A DNA stretch of 53,315 bases from a virus (taxonomy: Duplodnaviria; Caudoviricetes), in IMG/VR virus record IMGVR_UViG_3300032087_005336, positions 1 through 53,315 of that record, one strand, 5' to 3'. Below the pieces are notes generated by a model that saw nothing but the letters and a program-made list of their open reading frames with translations, was not told the DNA's origin and made no database searches. Made by a program: the position numbers and the translations under genes. This document shows positions 1 to 9,894 of the stretch, in pieces (positions within the stretch are counted from its first letter, which is position 1; every line of letters starts with the position of its first letter).

Positions 1-519
1 CCAATTGTCTCTAGTGACTCTGGTTTCTGTAACAATACCTGTTGTATTACTACGAATTACATAAGAATAAGTTCCACCATCATCCTCAAAGTAAACACCA
101 TTATTTTCATCAAATAATCCAAACCTTCTACGAATACCGACCTGTGGAGTATCAAGACGAATTGCAAAGGCAAGAGTAGCAGATCTGCCAGGAATGTATC
201 TCATTACATTCCTGGTTTGTCGAATTACTTTACTTCCAGCTGCAGAACCAACCTGCATTATTACATTACTGGAATTTGCATTATAAGTAGCAGTTGCACC
301 GACTCCTACTACTTGCTCATCCCAGACATCAGTTTCCTTGCCATATTGGAAAGTGTTGAAGAACACTGTCTGATATGGAGCAACCTTTAATCTGTTATTA
401 TTAGAAAACTGAGGTCTCCAATCTGTTTGGTTCCCCCAATGATCTGCAATATTATATACCTCAAATAGGGATCTTTCTTGGTTTAGAAAGTCCTGAGTTT
501 GTTTATTCCACTGAGCCAT
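1..519 (-). CDS. Hypothetical/putative virion structural protein, truncated by window edge
   Basis: Not in ORF track; read by hand from ATG at 517-519 (MAQWNKQTQDFLNQERSLFEV...RYIPGRS...RRRFGLFDENNGVYFE), open to position 1; starts 2 nt after the 522 stop. Confidence 0.75.
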   Translation of the reverse strand, partial: MAQWNKQTQDFLNQERSLFEVYNIADHWGNQTDWRPQFSNNNRLKVAPYQTVFFNTFQYGKETDVWDEQVVGVGATATYNANSSNVIMQVGSAAGSKVIRQTRNVMRYIPGRSATLAFAIRLDTPQVGIRRRFGLFDENNGVYFEDDGGTYSYVIRSNTTGIVTETRVTRDNW

Positions 520-521
520 AA

Positions 522-842
522 TCAGTCAATCCACTCTAGTTTTGAAGGATGATATCTCCTTGCGTTTTTAATGTTGAAATTCTTTTCTTCTGCTGGATAA
601 ATGTTTTGAACCATTGCTCCAGGATAATCTTTCTGCAGTTGTTCTCCAAGTTCTTGTTTGGTTGGAATACCATTCTTGGACACCATCTCAAGACGATAGA
701 TGCTACCCATCCAAGTAACATCTGCAACATAATTCTCACCAACCTGTTGTGGTTCTTCAGGTTGAGAGTTCATGTATAAGTTTCCGTTGAAATCTCCAGA
801 GATATTGATTGACTCTGAAATGAATTGTTTATAGGATTTCAT
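522..842 (-). CDS. Small putative internal head protein with capsid-targeting-like N-terminus
   Basis: Preferred start MKSYKQFISE (ATG 840-842, TGATG overlap with upstream stop) resembles the T4 internal-protein targeting sequence MKTYQEFIAE; C-terminal domain resembles a module of 1299..2882. Confidence 0.65.
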   Translation of the reverse strand: MKSYKQFISESINISGDFNGNLYMNSQPEEPQQVGENYVADVTWMGSIYRLEMVSKNGIPTKQELGEQLQKDYPGAMVQNIYPAEEKNFNIKNARRYHPSKLEWID

Positions 843-1264
843 CAGCAGTTCCACTTTGTAAGATACTGGTATAGTTTATAGGCATATTCACTACTATCAT
901 TCATATTTCCTAGAGCAAGATTACATTTAGAACATAGTAGTTGCCTAACTTCTCCAGTAGAATGATTGTGATCTACTACTGGCCTCTCATTATATTTATC
1001 AGAACCATCAACTAAAGATAAATTACAAATAGCACATTTAGATAATTGCTCTGCTAAAAGACTATCGTATTTTTCAATAGTAATATTGTATTTGGCAGGA
1101 AGATTATATTTCCTAATATGCTTTTTAGAGCATTCTCTACAAGCATAGTGAAGACCACTTTTCTGCTTTTTGTTTTTATTGTAAGAAGTGGGAGGTTTCC
1201 ATTCCTTACAAGTAGCACATTGCCATTCACCTTTTTGATTGGGTTTCTTAATCGCAGCAGGCAT
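842..1264 (-). CDS. Endonuclease VII-like HNH (putative free-standing homing) endonuclease
   Basis: CAIC...VDHNHSTGEVRQLLCSKCNLALG is the EndoVII/HNH motif; N-terminal CxxC...CxxC zinc finger; own late promoter. Confidence 0.85.
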   Translation of the reverse strand: MPAAIKKPNQKGEWQCATCKEWKPPTSYNKNKKQKSGLHYACRECSKKHIRKYNLPAKYNITIEKYDSLLAEQLSKCAICNLSLVDGSDKYNERPVVDHNHSTGEVRQLLCSKCNLALGNMNDSSEYAYKLYQYLTKWNC

Positions 1265-1286
1265 TTATTAGCAATTCAACTGCAAT

Positions 1287-1294
1287 TATTTATA
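1287..1294 (-). promoter_or_regulatory. T4-type late promoter (TATAAATA) for the HNH gene
   Basis: Perfect TATAAATA on minus strand about 22 nt upstream of ATG 1264. Confidence 0.8.
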
Positions 1295-1298
1295 AAAC

Positions 1299-2882
1299 CT
1301 AACAATTCCAGGCCCTCAAACTTTTATTGATTCTGCTATCGGGATCGTTAGCAGTCTTGGCAGAAGTGAGTTTTTTCTTCATACCTTTCATCCTTGCACA
1401 GAATGATGCTCTTCTCTTATTACCAACCTTTTTAGAAGGTGCTTTTAGATCAGAACCTGGGTTTTCTCTTTCGTAGGACTTACGTCCTTTTTCGTTAAGA
1501 CCACCAGATTCAGACTTACCTGCTTTCTTAGTCCAAGCAGCACCCTCAGTAACCTGCAGGAATTGCTCACCTGGTTTTAGTTGAACCACTTCCATCCAAC
1601 GAACCTTAGCACCTGGATAAACCTTTTCAATTTCTGCTTGAACTTCAGATCTTGTAGGTCTCTTTGCTTGTGGGAAGAAAATCTTGAGACTATAGTTCTT
1701 ACCTCTCCAAGTTGACATTACATACATGAGATTGCCAGTCTTTGCTTGAATCCTTGTTGCCTCACTGATCTCATTACCCTCACACTCGCAAGGATCACAT
1801 CCACAATAAGGACAAACTTCACCATCTTCATCTGGATCTACAGATTCAAAAGTAGTCTTCAGACTTGATGGTAGAGAGAATGTATCCCAATATCTAGGAC
1901 CATATCTACACTCTTCTCTAGTCTCATCCTTTTCGCACTTTGGACAATATCTGACTTGTGCAGTTTCTTCACTTACAGATTTCCATCCACCACCTGCTTT
2001 CTTATATTCTTTTGCAGCCCATCCATTAGCATAAGCAGAAGGATATACATCAAACTTTGCTTTTGCCTTTGACTTCATCTTAGACCAGAGTGAAGGATTA
2101 GTAGGAACATTCTTTTCATTAAGAACTTCTGCCTCCATCTCAAGTAGGATTTTATCTACCAACTTAAGATCTTCACCAAACATCTTAGGACCTTTGGTCT
2201 TCTTCTCTGCTGCTGCTCTTTCACCCTCAGTAGAACCCTTTTGTGCAAGAGTTCTGATCTTAGCAGCACGTTGTTGCTCTCTATGCTTCTTAGGATCAAT
2301 TGCTGCTGGCATTGCAGATTCGGGAACACAATTGGGAACTTCCTTCCCGTTCTTAATCTTAGTTCCTTTTGCCACTTTACCTGGCCAGCATTTAGCAGCA
2401 CCAACGTTTTTACGTGCTTGCTTTAGACCTTCATCAATGTTATTAGAAACCATTTTGGGTTTTCCTCCTTTACCTGGACGATCTGCTACAGGATCTTTTT
2501 TTCTCTTTCTTTTTACAGCAGCAGCAATTTCATCTTTAGTCATCTTTGCTGCCTTTTCTTTTGAAAGGCACTTTGGTTTTGGTTCACCTGGTTCACGGGC
2601 ACATTTACCTTCACGTTCACCTTTGGTATTATAACGATCCCATCCACCACCACCGACTCCACCTTTTTTGCCAGTGCCAAACCACTTACGAAGATCTTCA
2701 GTTACCGCACCACCACTCTCACCATTACCTTCGGAGGACTCACCATTTTCATTATTTTTCTTAGTCTCCTCATCATCTTTTTCAATCATTCCACCACGAC
2801 CTACATGCCAACCTACAGGAATTTTTTTACATTTCTTGTCGGTATAGCACCAGTAATATCCTAGTTTGCAGGTCTTTGCCAT
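1299..2882 (-). CDS. Modular Lys-rich hypothetical protein, probable head-associated polyprotein
   Basis: 527-aa ORF of short basic/Cys modules (YPSAYANGW, CWPG...VPNCVPE, RRASFCARM) separated by hydrophobic-X-E linkers; late-promoter-like CTAAATA at 2905-2911. Confidence 0.7.
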   Translation of the reverse strand: MAKTCKLGYYWCYTDKKCKKIPVGWHVGRGGMIEKDDEETKKNNENGESSEGNGESGGAVTEDLRKWFGTGKKGGVGGGGWDRYNTKGEREGKCAREPGEPKPKCLSKEKAAKMTKDEIAAAVKRKRKKDPVADRPGKGGKPKMVSNNIDEGLKQARKNVGAAKCWPGKVAKGTKIKNGKEVPNCVPESAMPAAIDPKKHREQQRAAKIRTLAQKGSTEGERAAAEKKTKGPKMFGEDLKLVDKILLEMEAEVLNEKNVPTNPSLWSKMKSKAKAKFDVYPSAYANGWAAKEYKKAGGGWKSVSEETAQVRYCPKCEKDETREECRYGPRYWDTFSLPSSLKTTFESVDPDEDGEVCPYCGCDPCECEGNEISEATRIQAKTGNLMYVMSTWRGKNYSLKIFFPQAKRPTRSEVQAEIEKVYPGAKVRWMEVVQLKPGEQFLQVTEGAAWTKKAGKSESGGLNEKGRKSYERENPGSDLKAPSKKVGNKRRASFCARMKGMKKKLTSAKTANDPDSRINKSLRAWNC

Positions 2883-2907
2883 GACAATTATGGATTAATA
2901 AAATTAT

Positions 2908-5046
2908 TTAGCCCAGTTGTCTCTTAAGTTCATCGATCTGTCTTTGCTGATCTTTCACTGCTTCAATGAGAAGTGCGACAATATTTTGATAAGCAACTGA
3001 CTTAACACCTTGTGCATCTTCATACACAACTTGAGGAATGACTTGCTCAACCTCTTGTGCAATTAGACCTAAACAATGATCACCAGTATTCTTATGATCA
3101 TACTCTACACCACGAAGACTTTTTACTTTATGAAGTGCATCAGTGATAGTTTCAATATTCTTCTTAAGTCTTTCGTCAGAGTTTGCAGTAACTGTTCCTG
3201 CACAAGTTAGATTAGTTCCGTTAAATTGTAAGTTAGCAGAAGTAGTTGCAGTATTGGTATTATCTTTATAGAGAACTTGGTTTGCACTACCAATCTCATC
3301 AATATCTCTACCACCTTCAACAGTAATAGTACCAATACCAGTGCCAATATCAACTGTTACAACACCCATACCAGGACCTCTAAAGTCCAAAGTGGTTGCA
3401 CCACTACCAACATAACCACCTTCAGTTGCAAGACCAACACCAGTAATAATGTTACTTAATTTTGATCCATCACCAATAAATTCATTAGCAGTAACAATTC
3501 CGAGGAAATTGGCATTAGTCATTGATAGAATGTCACCATTACTATCAATATCAGTACCTTTAATTACATTACAAGTAAGAATACCATTTCCATTATCTAA
3601 TGGCATGTTAATGTTTGCAACATTAAGATAAGATGCTGCACTCATAATGCCAGAAACATTATTAATATGGAATGCTAATGGATCAAGTCTTACAACACCA
3701 TGATCATCATATGATGCATATTGATGCTTATCACTTGTGATTCCAGTTACTCTACCATAACCATCAGTTTGAACTGTGGTTACAAAATACTTTTCAGTTG
3801 TAGAATCTGTAAAGGTATTTGAAGTAGATACTACAGCAAGATCAATATCATCCGCATTGACACGAATACGATCAGAACTTGCAGTACCAACATTAACAAC
3901 AGAACCAACTTTGTATAGACCATCACCCGCTTCTACCTGACCAGCAGCAGAGAACTGAGTAAATGCAATTGTAGAGAAACCGATATAACCAGATCCATCT
4001 GGTGGAAATTTTGGATTAATCTCAATAAGCACGAAACCGTTTGCTTGGTTCACTTCACCATTCGTAACGAATGTAAACGCACCCGCAACGATCTCATCTG
4101 GTTGGTCGAAGTCTTGTACTCTTTCTAGAATCCATGGAGCAGAAACACTTCCAGTGTCTTTAACAACATAGAATCCATTTTCATACTCTATAGTCTGATC
4201 CTTAATTAGAACACGATCATCAATTACTGGATTAAATCCATCAATTGTAAGTACTCCATTAGAATTGGCATGTAGAGATGCGCCAATACCTAGTTCACTG
4301 TTACCAATACCTGCTGTTGGACCATTAACATAAGTTGAAGGAATATTTACTGTTGATGCTACAGAAACTGCCTCTTGAATAACAAGTGCTGCAGTTGCGA
4401 AGAGGTCAACATATTCTTTACTGGCAAGTTCATTTGCCTGAGTAGGTGATTTATCTGTAACAAATACTTTTTCTACATTTAATTCACTACTGATACCAAC
4501 ATTACCTGTTACATATAATGTTTCAGATCCAAAAACAGTATCACCAATTGCAACTTTCTTTAGAGTACCGTTATATACTAATCCTTCGGCACCACCAAAT
4601 TGACCATTATCATTAAACTGTACATAAGTATTTTCTCCTGCAGGATCAAATGGATCAACTGTAATTGTTGCAATACCCAGAAAAGCATCTGCAGTAACAC
4701 TATCACCAATAAAGTTTAATGTCTGAACACTACCAGCAGTACCTACTGTTACACCTTCTTCTTGAACGGTAATGCCACCAAAAGTAATTTCTGGTGTCCC
4801 CCAAACGACAGAAGAACCAGTAGAAATTAGAGTTAAACCCTGCTCTCCAGGTTGATTTTTATAATCATATAGTGCATTATGTAACTGCATATCACCATTA
4901 ACGGTAAGTTGATATGCAGCCTGAGTTGTTCCGAAACCAACTCGTCCTTCAGTTACTTCAAGGACTGTTCTAGATCCTGAAAAATTGGAAATACCAATTT
5001 TTAATTCAGATTCTCTACCAGATTGAAATGTTCTTCTTGATGGCAT
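2908..5046 (-). CDS. Tail fibre-like protein with C-terminal intramolecular chaperone (peptidase S74)
   Basis: C-terminal SDERLKKNI...GLIAQEVE...LLIEAVKDQQRQIDELK autocleavage-chaperone signature; DRVLIKDQT..ENGFY fibre motif; Gly/Thr/Val-rich. Confidence 0.85.
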   Translation of the reverse strand: MPSRRTFQSGRESELKIGISNFSGSRTVLEVTEGRVGFGTTQAAYQLTVNGDMQLHNALYDYKNQPGEQGLTLISTGSSVVWGTPEITFGGITVQEEGVTVGTAGSVQTLNFIGDSVTADAFLGIATITVDPFDPAGENTYVQFNDNGQFGGAEGLVYNGTLKKVAIGDTVFGSETLYVTGNVGISSELNVEKVFVTDKSPTQANELASKEYVDLFATAALVIQEAVSVASTVNIPSTYVNGPTAGIGNSELGIGASLHANSNGVLTIDGFNPVIDDRVLIKDQTIEYENGFYVVKDTGSVSAPWILERVQDFDQPDEIVAGAFTFVTNGEVNQANGFVLIEINPKFPPDGSGYIGFSTIAFTQFSAAGQVEAGDGLYKVGSVVNVGTASSDRIRVNADDIDLAVVSTSNTFTDSTTEKYFVTTVQTDGYGRVTGITSDKHQYASYDDHGVVRLDPLAFHINNVSGIMSAASYLNVANINMPLDNGNGILTCNVIKGTDIDSNGDILSMTNANFLGIVTANEFIGDGSKLSNIITGVGLATEGGYVGSGATTLDFRGPGMGVVTVDIGTGIGTITVEGGRDIDEIGSANQVLYKDNTNTATTSANLQFNGTNLTCAGTVTANSDERLKKNIETITDALHKVKSLRGVEYDHKNTGDHCLGLIAQEVEQVIPQVVYEDAQGVKSVAYQNIVALLIEAVKDQQRQIDELKRQLG

Positions 5047-5067
5047 GATACTTTTACCTTTATCTTA

Positions 5068-5406
5068 TTAGAAGTTGGAAGTTTCAAGAACTGATGCAAC
5101 GAGTTTCAATACCCCATTTGCACTTCCATTAATAGCAATTTTGTCACCTGTTTGTAATACAAGTTTTCCTGGTAATAGGTCAATACTGTCTTTAGCAACA
5201 ATCGGAGAATCCAATTGAAGTGCTGTGTCAGTACTGTCTCTTCTATGATAGAAACTTAAAGTTTGTGTAACACTATCTACATTTGTTACACTAATTAGTA
5301 GGAAAACTGATGTATAACCAGTTGGAGCAGTGTAGATTACTGTAGGTGCTCCTGTGGTAACTGAATGAGTTACCGTCCTAAAATTATTAACTGCAACTGC
5401 TGCCAT
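5068..5406 (-). CDS. Small putative virion structural protein
   Basis: 112-aa beta-rich ORF (IYTAP...KLVLQTGDKI) between two fibre-like genes. Confidence 0.65.
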   Translation of the reverse strand: MAAVAVNNFRTVTHSVTTGAPTVIYTAPTGYTSVFLLISVTNVDSVTQTLSFYHRRDSTDTALQLDSPIVAKDSIDLLPGKLVLQTGDKIAINGSANGVLKLVASVLETSNF

Positions 5407-5409
5407 GAT

Positions 5410-8400
5410 TTAACCTCCGAGTGCTAGAATAAATGGTGTGACGCTGTTGAACAATGATTTAATATATACACGACCTGAAATCGTTCCAGTTGCCTGGTCA
5501 ATTTGAATACCATCACCAATTCTGAAGTTACCTGCCTGGTCCGTACTTGTATAAACTACGAGACCACCATCTTCTTGAACAACTTCATTATCTTGAATGA
5601 TGATACCTCCAACTGAAGGTCTTGCGGTGAGGATTGTATTACCTGCACCAACATATTCAAATGAGTGGGATGAAGTAATCTGCAAACTCTGACGAGTAAT
5701 GTAAGCAACTTCACCACCTGCTAAATCATTATTTAGTCCCTGACTCATTGTGATAGTTGAAATTCCATTATGTGGAAGTGTTGCAGAAGCCACTTTGAAA
5801 TAAAGTGGTTGCATTCTTACAACTTCCGCAGTTGCTTGTGTTCCACCCTCATTAGGTGGTCCAATAGTAATTGCTGGGAAGGCATTAAATTGATATTGAG
5901 TTCCAGAGTTAGCAACTAGGAAGTCGGTAACTACACCATCTTCAATAATAGGAATACCCTGTGCAGTAATTCCATCTGGACCTGTTGGATCAGTAAATGT
6001 AACTGATGGAACAGCACCTTCATAACCAGATCCCCCATTTGTAACTTTAACTTTTTCTACAGAGTAGTAAAGTTCATCAAAGAATAATGTTTGACCATCA
6101 TAAGGTCTTTGAGTTCCAACACCAGTTAGAGTAACTTTTCTATCACCAATATCATAAACACCCTGTTCAATTGTTCTTCCAGGATCACCTGGTTTTACAA
6201 CTTCAGCAGTTTGTCTGTAGTTGGAACTGGAGTTTTCATCACCAACACCCTTAGAAACTAGACCAAACTCACCAAAGGAGGAGTTGGAGTTTGTAAGGTC
6301 ACACTGACCACCTGTAAGGGTTACAATTGCTTCGTTACAGCAAATAGTAAAGATAGACACCAACTGAGCATATGCACCGTTTGTAATCGATACACCGATA
6401 CCACCCTGGTTATATTGAGTGAATGAGTCAACACTCATTGAACCCTGAACACCCAGTTCATCCTTATCACCAGGATCAGCATCAAAACCATCGATTCTCA
6501 TACCGATGCTATTTTCAATAAAGTTGGTACAGTTTCTTACATATGGACCCTTAAGAACAGGACCATCCGTACCAGGAGAGAATGATGGATCATTTTCAAA
6601 GTTAGAACCTGCTCCACCATTTCCTGGGAATCTTGTAGAAATACCAGCACCACCGTAGTTGATAGCAGAGGTTGCTGCAGAAACAAATGTATGGACATAA
6701 CCTGCACCAAAAGCAGGAATTGAACCAGCATTTATTGTAAATGTATTTGTAGTTGTTGCAGAAATACCTACAAACTTATCATAAATTGGGCTAGTTTTAT
6801 CTGGATAACCAATTGTAGTGATGTTTCCGTCAGAATTACAAGTAAAGTTAATAGAATTTGGAGCAAGTTTTACCTTATCAGTAGTTGTTAAACCATGATC
6901 TGCTACAGTTACTGTTAGAGCACCACCAACTGGGTCATAAGTTGCATTTGTTGGAGTTAAATATAGAGGATCTTGAAGTGCTCTGAAACCATCTTCAATG
7001 ATGGCAGTACAAATACCAACTGCAGTATTCATTGCAGCAATAACATTCTTGCAATTGCCAACAGTATTATTATTGCCTGTATCAGAATCAATCTGAATGC
7101 TTACGTCCCTAATCTGGCCAATATCTGGTCTGAAGGTCCTTGTCTTTTGAATAGTGCCACCACTTTCATAAACATGGAGGAATGTTGATATGCCAACATT
7201 AATTTTAACTTGAGTGTCAGATACATAATCCTGAACTTCAAAACAATCACCAAATACTCCACCATTAGGGAAGATTGTTGTAGTGACACCAATTCTTACT
7301 TCACCACCAGAAGCATAAGTATGCTCAATTGTAGAAATACCTACATTAGTGTAGATGACTGTTCCTGCGGTTCCTACATAAGCATCAAAGACATAATCAT
7401 TGCTTTGAACGTCTGGGAATACTGTAGTTGTAACACCTGCTTGTACAGTACCACCAGTATCATATGTGTGTGCAATTGTTGAAGGTCCAACATTGACTTG
7501 GAATTCTGTTGCACTATTTACTGCAAGGACTGTAAATACATCATATCCATATCCATCAATATTATTCTGACTTGAACCATCTGGGAAAATAGTTGTCGTA
7601 ACACCAGCATGTTCTGCAGCACAAGTAAACGCAATATTTTTAAGTTGTACTGGTTCCCCCGCAAAAACACCAGATGCTGATGAAGTCGTAACAGTAATAA
7701 TGCCTACGTTCTCATCATAGACTACGTTACTAACGTTTACTACTGGTCCAAGACCAGAATCACCACAACTAAATGTGAGGTTGCGTAGCTCAAACTCATC
7801 TCCAGAACTCAGTCCATGATCATTATCTAGAATGACAGTGCTGAATCCAGACTGTCTATCATACTGGAAGTCGTAAACACCAATGCTATTATTGTGAGTA
7901 GCACAACTAAATGCAAGACCAGAAAGTTTAACGGTATCTTTTGCTGTTAAACCATGTCCAACGTTAGTAGTAACAGTAAGAATACCTGCTGTTGGAGAAT
8001 AATTTGCTCCACTAATACTAAATGCGGTTCCAATGGTATAAGAACCATCTCTTACGTTATTGACAATTCTTCTTGCAATATCCTTAGAATATTCTAACGC
8101 AACTACAGACTGTTCATATTCATCTGGATCAACAAGAATATCAGTTAGTTTGTTTCCATTAGCATCATAATAAGACTTAGCAGCACCAACAACTTTAGTG
8201 TTACCACCACGGGTAATGTCATAACATACAGATTTCCAAATTTTTGCAACGTCACGACGACACTTATTCATATCAAGTCTCATACCAGTTGTAATTCCTG
8301 GAAGACTATCAGTATTACCTGCACCAATTGCACTAGTTACAATTCCAACCAATTCGGTAATATCATTATTGACGTTGAGGCAAATTCCATTTCCTACAAC

Positions 8401-9855
8401 GTTTTCTCCACGAAGTGGAGTTCCTGCAGCAGCACCAGTATCAAACTGTTGTTCAAATGTACTGTATTGATAAACAGTATAAGCAATACCAGATGATGGT
8501 GTATATGTGTGACCAATTGTAGAGATACCTACATTAATAACAAATTGATTGCTATTAAATAATGCATCAGCATCAATCTTGAAGATATGTCCAGAAGGGC
8601 TACTTCCGTCAGGGAAGATAGTAGTTGTTACACCAGAATGCTCAGTTGAACAGGTAAATGCAAGTCCACTGAGGTTAACATGGTCTGTACTGGTTAATCC
8701 ATGACCTATTAGAGTGGTTACAGTAGCAACACCAGTTACTGGTGTATACTCAAATGCAGTAATAGTTACACCAGAACCAACATTTTCAAATCCGTAAGGT
8801 TTGTTATTAATAACAAATGTTGCAATACCAGCAGCACGATCCATTGCTGCGATTGTTGCTTCAGAAACACCAGCACCTAAGATATGAGATAATGCTCCAC
8901 CAACAAAGTAAGATTGTGCAGCACCTACCGATCTGCTGTTTGCTTGAGTACCGTCCCTATATCCTGCTCTTAGATCGTGAGCAACTGCTTCTAGTACATC
9001 ATGAATGTCATCTTGGCAATTTCTTGCTGTACCAAAAGACATTGTAAATGCACCACCAGCATAGTTGACACTGGTAATAAATCCTACTGCTTCTGCTGCA
9101 ATATATTCTGCGTTTAAATCAATAAGTCTTGCAGCATCTTGTGCTCTATGTGATCCTGCAAGTCCACTAAATCCACTGGTTAAGAAACCAACTGCTTCAC
9201 CAGCAATATAATCTGCATTCTGACGAATCAATCTTGCACCATCAAAATATCTGTCTCCAGCAACACCTAGTAATGGAACGAAAGCAATAACTGCATTTCC
9301 ATACTCCATCGGTTCACCAAGGAACCCTGGAGCAGATCCCCCTTCAGGAACACCTTTAGAACCACCACCAATATCAGCACCTTTACCGACGAATGCTAAG
9401 TCAGTTAGATGACATGCATTATTAATATGGAATAAATCTCTATTTGGATTATTTGGTGCAACGAAACAGTTTCTTAGTTCAAATCCTTCAACAGATACGT
9501 TATCTCTAAGAACAATTGGATTATTTTCTACATAATATCCAGCACTAACTTTAATAGTATCACCAGGTTGTGCATATTCTGATGCTTTCTTAATAGATGC
9601 TAAAGCATCCTGTTGAGTAAGTCCACTGTTTAAGTCATTACCCTCTACAGTAACAAACCAAGTATTACCAATACTTCTACCAGCACCAACGGTAATTACC
9701 CTGGTTGCAATACCAACCCCTTCGGTATCTTGACGAACAAATACAGTACCGTCATAATGGTTAATAGCTAACTCACCAAAAGTGAGTTGTTCTAATGCAG
9801 GTTGAGCCCCTGGTGTAAAGGACCTTTTTAACCTAATTTTTGGACTAGTATTCAT
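5410..9855 (-). CDS. Large virion structural/fibre protein with internal repeats
   Basis: N-terminal IRLKRS...GELAIN fibre-attachment motif; beta-helix-like segments; repeated LAFTC...GVTTTIFP modules; late-promoter-like AATAAATA at 9896-9903. Confidence 0.75.
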   Translation of the reverse strand: MNTSPKIRLKRSFTPGAQPALEQLTFGELAINHYDGTVFVRQDTEGVGIATRVITVGAGRSIGNTWFVTVEGNDLNSGLTQQDALASIKKASEYAQPGDTIKVSAGYYVENNPIVLRDNVSVEGFELRNCFVAPNNPNRDLFHINNACHLTDLAFVGKGADIGGGSKGVPEGGSAPGFLGEPMEYGNAVIAFVPLLGVAGDRYFDGARLIRQNADYIAGEAVGFLTSGFSGLAGSHRAQDAARLIDLNAEYIAAEAVGFITSVNYAGGAFTMSFGTARNCQDDIHDVLEAVAHDLRAGYRDGTQANSRSVGAAQSYFVGGALSHILGAGVSEATIAAMDRAAGIATFVINNKPYGFENVGSGVTITAFEYTPVTGVATVTTLIGHGLTSTDHVNLSGLAFTCSTEHSGVTTTIFPDGSSPSGHIFKIDADALFNSNQFVINVGISTIGHTYTPSSGIAYTVYQYSTFEQQFDTGAAAGTPLRGENVVGNGICLNVNNDITELVGIVTSAIGAGNTDSLPGITTGMRLDMNKCRRDVAKIWKSVCYDITRGGNTKVVGAAKSYYDANGNKLTDILVDPDEYEQSVVALEYSKDIARRIVNNVRDGSYTIGTAFSISGANYSPTAGILTVTTNVGHGLTAKDTVKLSGLAFSCATHNNSIGVYDFQYDRQSGFSTVILDNDHGLSSGDEFELRNLTFSCGDSGLGPVVNVSNVVYDENVGIITVTTSSASGVFAGEPVQLKNIAFTCAAEHAGVTTTIFPDGSSQNNIDGYGYDVFTVLAVNSATEFQVNVGPSTIAHTYDTGGTVQAGVTTTVFPDVQSNDYVFDAYVGTAGTVIYTNVGISTIEHTYASGGEVRIGVTTTIFPNGGVFGDCFEVQDYVSDTQVKINVGISTFLHVYESGGTIQKTRTFRPDIGQIRDVSIQIDSDTGNNNTVGNCKNVIAAMNTAVGICTAIIEDGFRALQDPLYLTPTNATYDPVGGALTVTVADHGLTTTDKVKLAPNSINFTCNSDGNITTIGYPDKTSPIYDKFVGISATTTNTFTINAGSIPAFGAGYVHTFVSAATSAINYGGAGISTRFPGNGGAGSNFENDPSFSPGTDGPVLKGPYVRNCTNFIENSIGMRIDGFDADPGDKDELGVQGSMSVDSFTQYNQGGIGVSITNGAYAQLVSIFTICCNEAIVTLTGGQCDLTNSNSSFGEFGLVSKGVGDENSSSNYRQTAEVVKPGDPGRTIEQGVYDIGDRKVTLTGVGTQRPYDGQTLFFDELYYSVEKVKVTNGGSGYEGAVPSVTFTDPTGPDGITAQGIPIIEDGVVTDFLVANSGTQYQFNAFPAITIGPPNEGGTQATAEVVRMQPLYFKVASATLPHNGISTITMSQGLNNDLAGGEVAYITRQSLQITSSHSFEYVGAGNTILTARPSVGGIIIQDNEVVQEDGGLVVYTSTDQAGNFRIGDGIQIDQATGTISGRVYIKSLFNSVTPFILALGG

Positions 9856-9894
9856 TGCGACTCCCTATAACGTTAGCCAAAAAACCTTCTTGAT

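Noticed and set aside
1247-1264. HNH start MPAAI equals an internal MPAAI in the upstream protein, and CGATTAAG here matches 8 nt of the candidate sRNA target
   Set aside because: Matches are short, differ at synonymous positions and were found post hoc; cannot be separated from chance
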